A stretch of DNA of 64,000 nt from an uncultured delta proteobacterium. GTDB lineage: Bacteria; Desulfobacterota; Desulfobacteria; Desulfobacterales; UBA2156. Position 1 is the stretch's first letter. Every line of letters starts with the position of its first letter. The notes beneath the pieces were generated by a model, which was not told the origin of the DNA, did not search any database, and saw nothing but the letters and a program-made list of their open reading frames with translations. Shown one piece after another: positions 31,220-41,091 of this stretch. Where the stretch lies: assembly GCA_963736855.1 (NCBI GenBank), contig CAVTQK010000023.1, forward strand, positions 64,001-128,000, written 5' to 3'. Made by a program: the position numbers and the translations under genes.

Positions 31220-33488
31220 ATGGCTGTATTAACCGGCGCGGCTCGAGAGGCTAGATTTCTTTTTAAAGTCGGGGAGATTGATTTCGCCGTGGCGGATTTT
31301 TCCGTCCGGGAAGCGATATCCGAGCCGTTTGATATTGACCTGACCCTTGCCTCGGAAGATGAAATCGACTTTGATGATGTGATCGGTCAGGTGGCACTGC
31401 TCATACTCCTGGAAAGCGAACCGGATCGGTACTTCAATGGCATCGTCAGCGAATTCATGAAGATCGGTCTCAGAGGCCGCTTCTATGTGTACCAGGCCCG
31501 TGTCGTCCCCTCCATATGGCTTTTATCCTTCGAACAGGATTGCCGCATTTTTCAAAATAAAACGGTTCAGGAAATTGTCACTCAGATTTTTAATGAAAGA
31601 AGGATCACATCCGACCGTTTTAAATTCCGTCTCCAAAATACCTATGAACCCCGGGAGTATTGTGTCCAATACCGTGAAACAGACCTGAATTTCATATCCC
31701 GCCTCCTCGAAGAAGAAGGCATATTTTACTTTTTCGAACATGACCGTGAAAAACACCTGATGGTTTTCGGAGACAGTACGGTGAATTATCAACCGATCTC
31801 AGGAACCGTCGCAGTCCCTTTCAGACCCTCGGGGGGTCTTGGAGTTACTGAAGAATTCGTCAAGGATTTCCGCTTTCAACGACAAATTCGGACCGGTAAA
31901 GTCACTTTCCGGGATTATAATTTCATCAGACCTTCCTTGGATTTAACCTCCCAGAAAAAGGCCGACTCCTTCGATGAACTGGAGTACTACGACTATCCCG
32001 GTGAGTACGGCGATAAAAATCGCGGTAAATCGTTAGCCGAAATTCGCTTGCAGGAATCGATGATGTTAAAGGATCGTATTAAAGGTCAGAGCGTTTGCCC
32101 CCGATTTGTACCGGGGTTTACCTTTAAATTGGCCGACCACGACATTGAAGCCTTCAATCAGGAATATCTTCTCATCGAAATCAACCATGTCGGCACACAA
32201 CCCCAGGTGCTTGAGGAAAAGGCCAGCGATGAATCCGGATCCAGCTATGCCAATCACTTTATGGGTGTTCCTTCATCGACCATCATCAGGCCGGCTCGAA
32301 ATACACCGAAACCGGTGGTCGAAGGCGTCCAGACAGCTATAGTGGTCGGGCCCAGTGGTGAAGAAATTTACACCGATGAACATGGGCGAATTAAGGTCCA
32401 GTTTCATTGGGACAGGGAAGGTAAGAAGGACGACAAGTCTTCCTGTTGGATCCGGGTCGCAAGCATCTTTGCAGGCGGCCAGTATGGATCCATCTTCATA
32501 CCCAGAATTGGCCAGGAGGTGGTAGTCGATTTTCTGGAAGGTGATCCGGACCGTCCGCTGGTTACGGGAAGGGTGTATAATGCGGACCTGATGCCTCCTT
32601 ACACGCTCCCCGACAAGAAGACGAAGAGCACGATCAAGACGAACTCTTCCATTGGAGGAGAGGGTTTCAATGAGATCCGATTCGAAGATGAAAAAGGAAA
32701 GGAACAGCTTTTCCTCCATGCGGAAAAAGATTTGGATATCCGTGTAAAAAACGATCGAAGGGAGCTCGTCGGTAATGACCGGCATCTCATTGTCAAGCGC
32801 GATTTAAAAGAAAAAATCGAATTCGATAAGCACGTGACGGTGGAAAAGAGTGAGTTCAAGGAAGTCAAGACCGACTATAATCTTAAAGTCGGCGGCAAGA
32901 CTGCTATTGAGGTGACGGGCTCATCCTCTCTCAAAGTGACAGGCAATATGATCGAGAGTTTCAATGCAAATCACAGTGAGAATGTGACAGGGACCTTTCA
33001 TTTAAAAGGGATGAATATAAAAATTGAAGGGATGACCGGTATGGAGCTCAAAGTGGGCGGGAGCAGTATTGTTCTCACCCCGGCGGCAATTTTTATCCAG
33101 GGAGGTCCCCTGGTCAATATCAATAGCGGCAGTGGTCCGCCGGTTGCACCCGCGTCCAGTTCTCTTGTACCTCCGGTCTGCTCCCTCCCCTCCGGATGCC
33201 GCTGCCGACGCCTCTCCCGGAAAGGATGTGAGCAGTCAAGAAAAGCGCCACAAAGAATCCACCGATGAGGAAAAGAAAGAGAAGAAAAGCTGGATCGAAA
33301 TCGAACTGGTCGACGAGGAAGGCAATCCAGTTCCCGGTGAACGATATAAGGTGACCCTGCCCGACGGAAAGACCGTTGCCGAGGGAACATTGGATGAAAA
33401 TGGCTTTGCCCGCGTGAATGGCATCGATCCTGGAAGCTGCAAAATCACTTTTCCGAATCTGGACAAGGATGCATGGGAGAAGGCATAA
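31220..33488 (+). CDS. vgrG: T6SS spike VgrG with C-terminal transthyretin-like extension, frameshifted at about 33175
   Basis: YCVQYRETDLNF, GRIKVQFHWDR, PRIGQEVVVDF. Removing one G at 33175-6 joins LVPP to SAPSPPD...WIEIELVDEEGNPVPGERYKVTLPDG (about 755 aa). Confidence 0.92.
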
Positions 33489-33505
33489 GAGCATAAGTCC
33501 TGAAA

Positions 33506-34135
33506 ATGCCTGATTACAAAGTAAAACAGGGTGATTGCCTTTCAAGCATTGCTCTTCGATACGGTCTGAAGTGGGAAAAGATCTGGAAACACCCGAAGAA
33601 CTCCAACCTGAGGGAAAAGAGAAAGAACCCCAATGTCCTCTTCCCTGGAGATCTGCTCTTTGTCCCGGAAAAAGAGGAGAAACAGGAGTCCGCTGCAACC
33701 GAGCAGAAACATCGTTTTAAAGTGAAGGGGGTGCCATCGAAACTCATTCTTGTTCTGAAGGATGAAGAGGACAAACCCAGGACCAATGTGAGTTATAACC
33801 TGGATATCGATGGTCAATTATTTTCAGGTAAAACGGATGGAACGGGCAAACTGGAGCATTCGATTCCACCGAATGCCAAAAAAGGAAAGCTGATGATAGA
33901 GGATGGTATTGAAGAGTATTCTTTGCAGCTTGGTACGATCGATCCAATTACTGAAATCATCGGCATTCAAGCAAGGTTGAGCAACTTAGGTTTTTATTTG
34001 GGCCCCATGGACGGAAAGATGAATCCTGAAACCATTGAGGCTATTAAGTACTTCCAGACAGAACACGGATTAACAGCGAATGGAGAGGCCGATCAGGTTA
34101 CCCGTGATAGGCTTCTCGATGAACACGGATGTTAA
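33506..34135 (+). CDS. LysM + TTR-like + peptidoglycan-binding domain protein (copy 1)
   Basis: YKVKQGDCLSSIA...NPNVLFPGDLLFVP (LysM); IQARLSNLGF...DGKM...AIKYFQTEHGLTANG (PG_binding_1). Confidence 0.88.
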   Translation: MPDYKVKQGDCLSSIALRYGLKWEKIWKHPKNSNLREKRKNPNVLFPGDLLFVPEKEEKQESAATEQKHRFKVKGVPSKLILVLKDEEDKPRTNVSYNLDIDGQLFSGKTDGTGKLEHSIPPNAKKGKLMIEDGIEEYSLQLGTIDPITEIIGIQARLSNLGFYLGPMDGKMNPETIEAIKYFQTEHGLTANGEADQVTRDRLLDEHGC

Positions 34136-34150
34136 AAAGGGCATGGCAAT

Positions 34151-35092
34151 ATGAACGATGATGATCTCTGCCATACGATGCCCCAGGATGGCGATGCCTT
34201 GGCAGACATGGCTGGAGATGACTCCAGTGATTCCAGTGATCAGAATCCCATCAATGATCCATCTGGGATGCCAAAAGGGCCGCCTGTTTTCCTCGCAAAA
34301 ACTGCCTTTGGCGCTCCGGCCAATCAAAATACGATAAGGCCCCAAATCCAACTCGAGCCATTAGTGGATCCTCCCGTACGATTGCTCTGCCAATATGACC
34401 CCCGCTGGGGGAGGAAATACCTTAAGAAGCAAAAAAGGGGGAAAGAAAACGAGGCCTATACCTGGACCAAATCAGGTTGTCATCCAACCGGCCTGGCAAT
34501 GATCCTTCGATGGTGGGCAGAAGATAACCCGAAGACAGCGGGAAAAATAAAATTCCCCCACACGGAAAAACCCGACAAAATCGAAACTCCCATCCAGGTC
34601 AACCAATGGCTCTGGAATAAGGTCTATGTCCCTTGCGATAAGACCATCTCTCATAATACGATCTGCAACAGCGTTAAAAAATTAACCCATACGGATTCAG
34701 GTATGCCCATGAAAGGGGAGTACAAAGCTCTTTCAGGGCTGACCGATAAGAAAAAGGCAGAGGCCATTAAAAAGGCCCTCCTATTAGGTCCTGTCCTCAT
34801 AAATATGCTTAAACCCGGACACTTTGTGCTGGTACATGGTTATCGCGATGGCAAAATTTATGTCTGCGACCCAGGCAATACATTGAACCGGTTTTGGGGT
34901 AAACCCATAAAAATTGGAGAGCGAATGCCTCCTGGGACTCTACCGAAATGTGATGATGACAAACGAGGCTATGTGTCGATTCCTGATAAGGAGAAATTTG
35001 AAGAGAAAGGCACATGGCTTTCCACATTGATCCGAATGGAGTCTTTCTACTTTAATGAAAAAGAGGTCCATCCGGAATGGAACAAAAAATGA
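34151..35092 (+). CDS. Papain-like C39-type cysteine peptidase, candidate T6SS effector
   Basis: Q(YDPRW), SGCHPTGLAMIL (Cys), GHFVLVHGY (His), VCDPG (Asp). It lies between vgrG and PAAR. Confidence 0.75.
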   Translation: MNDDDLCHTMPQDGDALADMAGDDSSDSSDQNPINDPSGMPKGPPVFLAKTAFGAPANQNTIRPQIQLEPLVDPPVRLLCQYDPRWGRKYLKKQKRGKENEAYTWTKSGCHPTGLAMILRWWAEDNPKTAGKIKFPHTEKPDKIETPIQVNQWLWNKVYVPCDKTISHNTICNSVKKLTHTDSGMPMKGEYKALSGLTDKKKAEAIKKALLLGPVLINMLKPGHFVLVHGYRDGKIYVCDPGNTLNRFWGKPIKIGERMPPGTLPKCDDDKRGYVSIPDKEKFEEKGTWLSTLIRMESFYFNEKEVHPEWNKK

Positions 35093-35115
35093 GTTGTTAA
35101 TCAAGGAGGACAACT

Positions 35116-35473
35116 ATGTTTCCTGCAGCACGAATTTTAGATCCCATAACACATGATCAGATTGTACCAAGTGGAGTGATCGGCCCGCCCTTGCCAGGGC
35201 GACCCATGACTGTTCTTGATCGAATATCTTCCAGCCGCAGTAATGGGAGATTTTGTGACCTGTACGGGGGTTTTATCCGTTGGCATCGTCCATCCACCAC
35301 AGGCCGGCCCTCCTCCGGCCATTCCCCCCTCTGTTCCGATCGTCAAGGGAAGTGCTACTGTTTTAATCGGTGGTATGCCTGCAGCCCGCTGGATCGCGGA
35401 TATGGCTGGATGTGGCGTTTTTTTAGGCGATTCAAAACTTGCGGCCACCCGTACCGTATTGATTGGAGGTTAA
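35116..35473 (+). CDS. PAAR-repeat spike tip protein, frameshifted at about 35214
   Basis: MFPAARILD...TVL|IEYLPAAVMGD...GSATVLIGGMPAAR...TVLIGG. Removing one base gives 118 aa. Confidence 0.88.
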
Positions 35474-35481
35474 GGCAGAAA

Positions 35482-36133
35482 ATGCCCGATTATCAAAGTC
35501 AAAGAGGGTGATTGTATCGAGAGCATCGCCTTCGAGAGCGGGCTCTTCTGGAAGACCGTGTGGAACCATCCGAATAATCGGAATTTGTGCGAAAAGCGGA
35601 AGGACCCCAATGTTCTTATGCCCGGCGACAGAGTATATGTCCCCAAGATCAGAGAGAAGCATGAAAGAGGCGGCACTGAGCAATGCCACCGATTTCGACG
35701 GTGCGGTGTGCCCGGAAAGCTGAAGCTGCGATTCCTTGATCACGAGAAGAAGCCCAGGGCCGGCGCACAGTACGTGTTAGAGGTAGATGGACAGACCATG
35801 GCCGGTTCTCTGGACCACAACGGAGTGCTGCAGGCGGTCATACCTCCCAATGCTCGGAAGGCCAAGATAACAGTAGGGATTGATGATGACAGTGAGGAGT
35901 TTGAGATGAAGTTGGGCGGGCTCGATCCGATCACCGAAGTCTCGGGCATTCAGGCACGCCTCAACAATCTCGGGTACGACTGTGGATCGACAGATGGTAT
36001 CTTGAACATGCGCACGGAGACCGCTATCCGGTCGTTCCAGGCGAACTATAATCTGGAGGTCACGGGTGAAATGAACCAGGCCACGCGAGACAAGCTTTTT
36101 GAAGCATATGATAACAAAGAGATCGCAGGTTGA
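35482..36133 (+). CDS. LysM + TTR-like + PG-binding protein (copy 2), frameshifted at about 35495
   Basis: ATG CCC GAT TAT (+1 nt) continues as VKEGDCIESIA...WNHPNN...KDPNVLMPGD. It is collinear with copy 1. Confidence 0.85.
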
Positions 36134-36136
36134 GCG

Positions 36137-37300
36137 ATGCCTAACCAAACACGAAGAGGTAATAATAATACATTTACACCACCTAGAATTACCTACGCGA
36201 AGATTCAGCTGACCCAGCCAATTAGACCAGCGTTTCCGAAGATAGCTCCTCTGTGGAACCAGTTTCGCTTTATCGATATCACGCCGAAAGTCGACGGCAA
36301 GACGGTCGGCAGCCTCAATAGACAAAAGGTAATGGGGCCTGGCGGCGTGATAAAGAAGGATGGCACGATCGCCTCTATCGCAGAGACGTTCCTTAGGGAA
36401 ATGGAAAAGGTCACTCCTGATTGGTACTTCATCTCCGGGCACCATGCACGATTGTATTCATCTGATGAAGACAGGTACCGGCGGATCACGCGCCAGGAGG
36501 TGGCCCGAATACCGAGGGATTCATATGACGAGCTTCTTGTGTATGATCAGGAAGAACGCGGATACCGCAAGCTAACGGCCCAGGAGCGGGCTCTCTTGCC
36601 TAACAATTTGCAAAAAGACCTGTATGTATCTGAAAAGGCAGCTAAGTACAGCGGTTTCTTCAACGATCACTATCACCATGCGCGTTGGGCGGTAGCCACA
36701 CGATCAAGGTTCAAGCGTGACGATATCATTCCGCTTTTACGGGAGCGACAGCAACAGATGAAGCCCACCGATAAAACGCGGCCTGTGTTACCCGATGACA
36801 TGGACTATGAGTTGTTTCTACGAAGCACCGAACATGCTCCCACCTCGATGCGCGAGCATGATGACTTTAATCCTCTATTCAGCTTTGATGGTGACGCCGC
36901 GAGAAAAGCCAAGTGCAAGGGCGTCATCCTCGCGGCCTGTAATACTCTCCAAAGCAAAGAGACCATATTACCTTGGTTCACACGTTTCCCTGATTCATTG
37001 ATCATCGGCTCGCGTCTGGTCCTGCGGGGAGGTTGGGAGCTGTGTAAAGCTATCGCCCAAGCGCCGTTGGCCAGAAATCGGAAATTCTGGGAGAATCCAA
37101 GAGCCTATTTTGGCAACGACCGGAAGAAAGTCAAGAGATTCGTAGAACAGTTAGCCGGTAAAATGAGACATCCCGATGGCGGTGGATACGGCCTTGGTCT
37201 TATTTACTATGGTGACTTCTACACTTCGCAGCGTGACGCATCGGGTAGGACATCCGTTCAATGTGTCGACTTAATCGCATGGAAGGTTGTGAGCCCATGA
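36137..37300 (+). CDS. Hypothetical basic protein, candidate T6SS effector with caspase/CHAT-like His-Cys motifs
   Basis: WYFISGHH...GVILAACNT. It sits in an effector slot after a LysM gene. Confidence 0.6.
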   Translation: MPNQTRRGNNNTFTPPRITYAKIQLTQPIRPAFPKIAPLWNQFRFIDITPKVDGKTVGSLNRQKVMGPGGVIKKDGTIASIAETFLREMEKVTPDWYFISGHHARLYSSDEDRYRRITRQEVARIPRDSYDELLVYDQEERGYRKLTAQERALLPNNLQKDLYVSEKAAKYSGFFNDHYHHARWAVATRSRFKRDDIIPLLRERQQQMKPTDKTRPVLPDDMDYELFLRSTEHAPTSMREHDDFNPLFSFDGDAARKAKCKGVILAACNTLQSKETILPWFTRFPDSLIIGSRLVLRGGWELCKAIAQAPLARNRKFWENPRAYFGNDRKKVKRFVEQLAGKMRHPDGGGYGLGLIYYGDFYTSQRDASGRTSVQCVDLIAWKVVSP

Positions 37301-38277
37301 TTGGTAATCAAACAACAGCAACTCCGTTAATGGCCGTCCGGACTACAGCAGAGATAGATCGAGTTTCGTCAGTCTCGTCCATGAGACTTCTATTACTGCA
37401 GTTTGGTGACCGTCTCCTCGGTGTCCGGGAAATCGAACTCCTGGCCATGATGACCATGGTATCAGAGCTGAATCTGCTATCTCTCCCTGGAACACTCCAG
37501 GTTGCCTCAGGGGTGAGCACGAGCGACGCTTGGACGGTCAATGCGATGAACGGAGCCGTGGTTGTTTTAGGGCCTGCTCTGGCCACCATCACTTCGCTCG
37601 ACGACCTTTCATTGCGACGAGATATACAGATATCAGAAATTCCACCACAGATCAGTGCCCTCGTCCTCAACCATAAGAACTCGTTGCTGCTGTGCGAGTC
37701 GTTCCAGTTACATGATCCGGAATTCGGCCAGTTCGCAGCGGTCTGCCTTGACCTGAAACGGGGGGATGTCATCAATTCGCGCTGCATCACCTCTATGGAA
37801 CCCCTGGAAGCTATATGGGTTGAGGAGTTAGAATCATTCATGATATACGACTTCCAGAGTGATTCCCTATGGCGGTGGTCGCCCTTAAAAGGCGAACCGC
37901 TTACCATTGACGAGACCGTTCTAAACGACCTGCAAGTTACAAGTTTTATTTTCGAGTCTTCTGGAAGACGTTTGACCAAGATCCTGTCTGACTTCGGTGG
38001 AAATCAATTTAAACTTTTACGAGGTATAGCCTCACAGAATAATGTCTCCTGGGGGACACCAGTGGCCTTACCGGATGGGGAATATGAGAGTATTAACTGG
38101 CATCCCAAGGAGGATATCTTCGCCTGCATCCATACCATTGGCGGGGAAATGTACCTCAGCTTAGCTCGGAGCGGTTGTGTCGGAACTCCTTTCCCTGAAA
38201 GCGATTCTTTTGTTTGTTGGTCAATCGGGGAAGTTTGTTATCATTATGCAAGCAATCGGAGTGGGTTAAAAATCTAA
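37297..38277 (+). CDS. Hypothetical acidic, beta-rich (propeller-like) protein, candidate immunity protein
   Basis: ATGA overlap with the upstream candidate effector; INWHPKEDIFA-like strands. The C-terminus may be truncated. Confidence 0.5.
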   Translation: MIGNQTTATPLMAVRTTAEIDRVSSVSSMRLLLLQFGDRLLGVREIELLAMMTMVSELNLLSLPGTLQVASGVSTSDAWTVNAMNGAVVVLGPALATITSLDDLSLRRDIQISEIPPQISALVLNHKNSLLLCESFQLHDPEFGQFAAVCLDLKRGDVINSRCITSMEPLEAIWVEELESFMIYDFQSDSLWRWSPLKGEPLTIDETVLNDLQVTSFIFESSGRRLTKILSDFGGNQFKLLRGIASQNNVSWGTPVALPDGEYESINWHPKEDIFACIHTIGGEMYLSLARSGCVGTPFPESDSFVCWSIGEVCYHYASNRSGLKI

Positions 38278-38730
38278 TCAACATGACCGATCAATTCCGA
38301 TTGACAGCGGATCTTCCTTCGGGTTATTGAAAATTGATAAGTCTTAACAACTGCAGATACCCATATCTTGGTTGTAGATGATGGCGAGACACAATTCATG
38401 CCCTTGCTTAATCCGTCCACAAAAAAACGATTTCTTTTCAATAATTATTTTATTGGCTCATGAGAAAGAGCATCTGCGTGAATCCATCTTACCCAGATCC
38501 GCGAGCTTTATTCACAACTTGCCTTCAGATGCGAACAAACCAACCAGGACTATGATCGATGTACCCGCCACGGTCGTACCCAGGGGAGTCAATTGCGCAT
38601 TCAAAAAACGGTGCGACGTGCCGGAAGGTCATAGACCCAAGTATCCGAAGGTAAAACATGTAGACAAGTGATCTTTGCTCCATTGGCGCCGCAAGGATAA
38701 AATTCGTCAGCCCGAAAGATCTATACGGAA

Positions 38731-40185
38731 ATGCCCACCATCCGCATCCATGTTGAAAAAGGTGGTTCCGACCAGAAAGACTATTCCTTTACCGAAGCCT
38801 TTCGGATCGGGCGCGGGAGCACCTGCCAGGTCCGGCTGACCGACAATGTCGTAAGCCGGCAACACGTGGAAATCCTGTTTATCGGCGACCGTTGGTGGAT
38901 ACAGGATCTGGGAAGCGCCAATGGTACCTTCATCGCCGACCGACGCATTGAACGGGAGCCTCTGGAAAACGGCACCCAAATCCGACTCGGACCCGATGGC
39001 CCACTGCTTATTGTTTCCCTTGAAGAGGCCGCCCCACCCGAAACACCTGAACAAGACGCCCAATCACTCACCTATTATCGGAACCATTACCTCGAAAGCA
39101 AGGATGAAGGAAAAGCCGGGCAGCATACGATGATGATACGGAAGGCCTTCTCCCAGGTCCAAAAAAAACAGAAAAGAAAATATTTTACCATCATCGGTAT
39201 TGTCGTTTGTCTCCTCATCGTAGTCGGCACTTTCGCAACCGTCAAACATTACCAGCTCAAAAAACAGCGCAAGCTGGCCGAGGATATCTTCTATAACATG
39301 AAGGTAATGGAGCTGGACTTTTCCGAACTGTTGAGGATTGCCCGGGAAACGAAAGATAAGAAAATCATCGAAAAAGTCGATCAATACAAGACCAAACGCC
39401 GGGAGATGGAGACAAAATACGACCGTTTCATCGAAACGCTTAAAGTCTATAAAAAAGACATGAGTCCTCAAGAACGACTGATTCTCCAAAAAGCGAGAAT
39501 TTTCGGCGAATGTGAAATCAACGTGCCTGAAGATTTTGCCAGGGAAGTGTTGAGGTATATCGACAAGTGGAAATCGAGTCCGCGCATGGCGGACGCCATC
39601 GATTGCGCCCAAAAAAATAGCTATATCGATATCATCAGTCAAACGCTGGCCACTTATGATCTGCCGCCGGAATTTTTTTATCTGGCACTACAGGAGAGCA
39701 ATTTTAATAAAGACGCCGTCGGTCCGGAGACCCGATGGGGATTCGCCAAGGGGATGTGGCAATTTATTCCTGATACGGCAAAGCGATATGGCCTAAAAAC
39801 AGGACCGTTGGTCAAGCAGAACCGACCCGACCCGAAAGATGATCGACACAATCCGAAAAAAGCCACACTGGCCGCGGCGAAATACCTGCGCGATATATAT
39901 GATACGGACGCTCAGGCTTCGGGGCTTCTCGTCATGGCATCATACAACTGGGGAGAAAACCGCGTGATCGAACTGATCCGGAAAATTCCCGAAAATCCGC
40001 GTGACCGTAATTTTTGGAATCTGCTCGTTAAGTACAAGGAAAAAATTCCAGCCCAAACCTATGATTATGTTTTTTTTATTTTCTCGGCGGCCGTCATCGG
40101 AGAAAATCCCAGGCTTTTCGGATTCGCCTTTGACAATCCTCTGGGTACGATTCAACCGGCTGAGGCCAAAGCAGTGAAAGGATAA
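38731..40185 (+). CDS. FHA domain - TM - Slt lytic transglycosylase fusion
   Basis: FHA motifs IGR...VSRQH...DLGSANGT, a TM helix, and Slt motifs QESNF, GMWQFIPDTA, AAAKYL, ASYNWGE. Confidence 0.9.
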   Translation: MPTIRIHVEKGGSDQKDYSFTEAFRIGRGSTCQVRLTDNVVSRQHVEILFIGDRWWIQDLGSANGTFIADRRIEREPLENGTQIRLGPDGPLLIVSLEEAAPPETPEQDAQSLTYYRNHYLESKDEGKAGQHTMMIRKAFSQVQKKQKRKYFTIIGIVVCLLIVVGTFATVKHYQLKKQRKLAEDIFYNMKVMELDFSELLRIARETKDKKIIEKVDQYKTKRREMETKYDRFIETLKVYKKDMSPQERLILQKARIFGECEINVPEDFAREVLRYIDKWKSSPRMADAIDCAQKNSYIDIISQTLATYDLPPEFFYLALQESNFNKDAVGPETRWGFAKGMWQFIPDTAKRYGLKTGPLVKQNRPDPKDDRHNPKKATLAAAKYLRDIYDTDAQASGLLVMASYNWGENRVIELIRKIPENPRDRNFWNLLVKYKEKIPAQTYDYVFFIFSAAVIGENPRLFGFAFDNPLGTIQPAEAKAVKG

Positions 40186-40189
40186 AGAA

Positions 40190-40966
40190 ATGAAACGCAT
40201 CTGGATGAGCTCACTTATTTCAAATAAGGAGGCCGTTCAAAAGCTTATGACTGCGATGAAGCCCTATGGCCTGACAGTGGACGGTCATTTTTGGACGGAC
40301 GATGTGAAAAAAATCGGCTGGATATTGCCCAGGAAGGAATTGCTCGATCCAAAAACGGCTTTGTGGTTAATTCTGACTTCGGTCGAAGAAATGTTAAAAC
40401 CTTCCATCCGTTACGGGTTGTCCCTGCTTGCACTGGCCGTTCAGGCCAACAGGGAAACCGGGTTACCTATCACAATCCTGCAGACTTCCGGCGATCCCAT
40501 CTCCCCTGAAACACTCACCACTCCGTTGAAAGCTGCAGAGGTGCTTTCCCACAAAGGCACCGTTCCTGGAGCCAAACTGGTGGCCATGGTACATCAACCT
40601 TTCCAACCGATCGTACCGGAATATCGTTTTGACATTTACGGCCATGAGCAGATCGGCCAGTGGTTCGAAGTCGGCCCCAGACAAACAGACTGGAAGGGTG
40701 CTATGTTCGGCGTCCATGGAGGAGAGATTACAATTCACGCCGTAGGTCCCAAAGGCCGGTTACCCGAAAAGTCGGTCCTTCATTACCCCATGAAAGGGAT
40801 GAAACTGGTTTTAGGAAAAGAAGAATATGTTGCCTGGGCCGTCCAAAATCCGCTGAATCAGGACACATCCTATTATATCAAGGTTGACGGATGCCCGGAT
40901 TCCATCATCTTCGGTCCTTTAGCCGAGAAAGATGAAGCGGATGTTTATATGATGAAACTAAAATAA
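40190..40966 (+). CDS. Hypothetical protein with possible TIR-like N-terminal fold
   Basis: 258 aa, 4 nt after the FHA-Slt gene, with an alternating beta/alpha pattern resembling TIR_2. Confidence 0.6.
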   Translation: MKRIWMSSLISNKEAVQKLMTAMKPYGLTVDGHFWTDDVKKIGWILPRKELLDPKTALWLILTSVEEMLKPSIRYGLSLLALAVQANRETGLPITILQTSGDPISPETLTTPLKAAEVLSHKGTVPGAKLVAMVHQPFQPIVPEYRFDIYGHEQIGQWFEVGPRQTDWKGAMFGVHGGEITIHAVGPKGRLPEKSVLHYPMKGMKLVLGKEEYVAWAVQNPLNQDTSYYIKVDGCPDSIIFGPLAEKDEADVYMMKLK

Positions 40967-41026
40967 CCTAAAGGATTGACCCGTATGCATCCATACGAGT
41001 CCGCAATGAATATTTTCAGACTATCA

Positions 41027-41056
41027 TTGACAGAGGCATCGGAACCCTGCTATGAA
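41027..41056 (+). promoter_or_regulatory. Putative sigma70 promoter
   Basis: TTGACA-18 nt-(TGC)TATGAA upstream of RBS GAGGGA and ATG 41092. Confidence 0.4.
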
Positions 41057-41091
41057 ATATTAAAATTTATCAATCAATCTGAGGGATTAGC

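Noticed and set aside
38378..38671. 97 aa ORF
   Set aside because: No RBS or motif; probably non-coding or a remnant.
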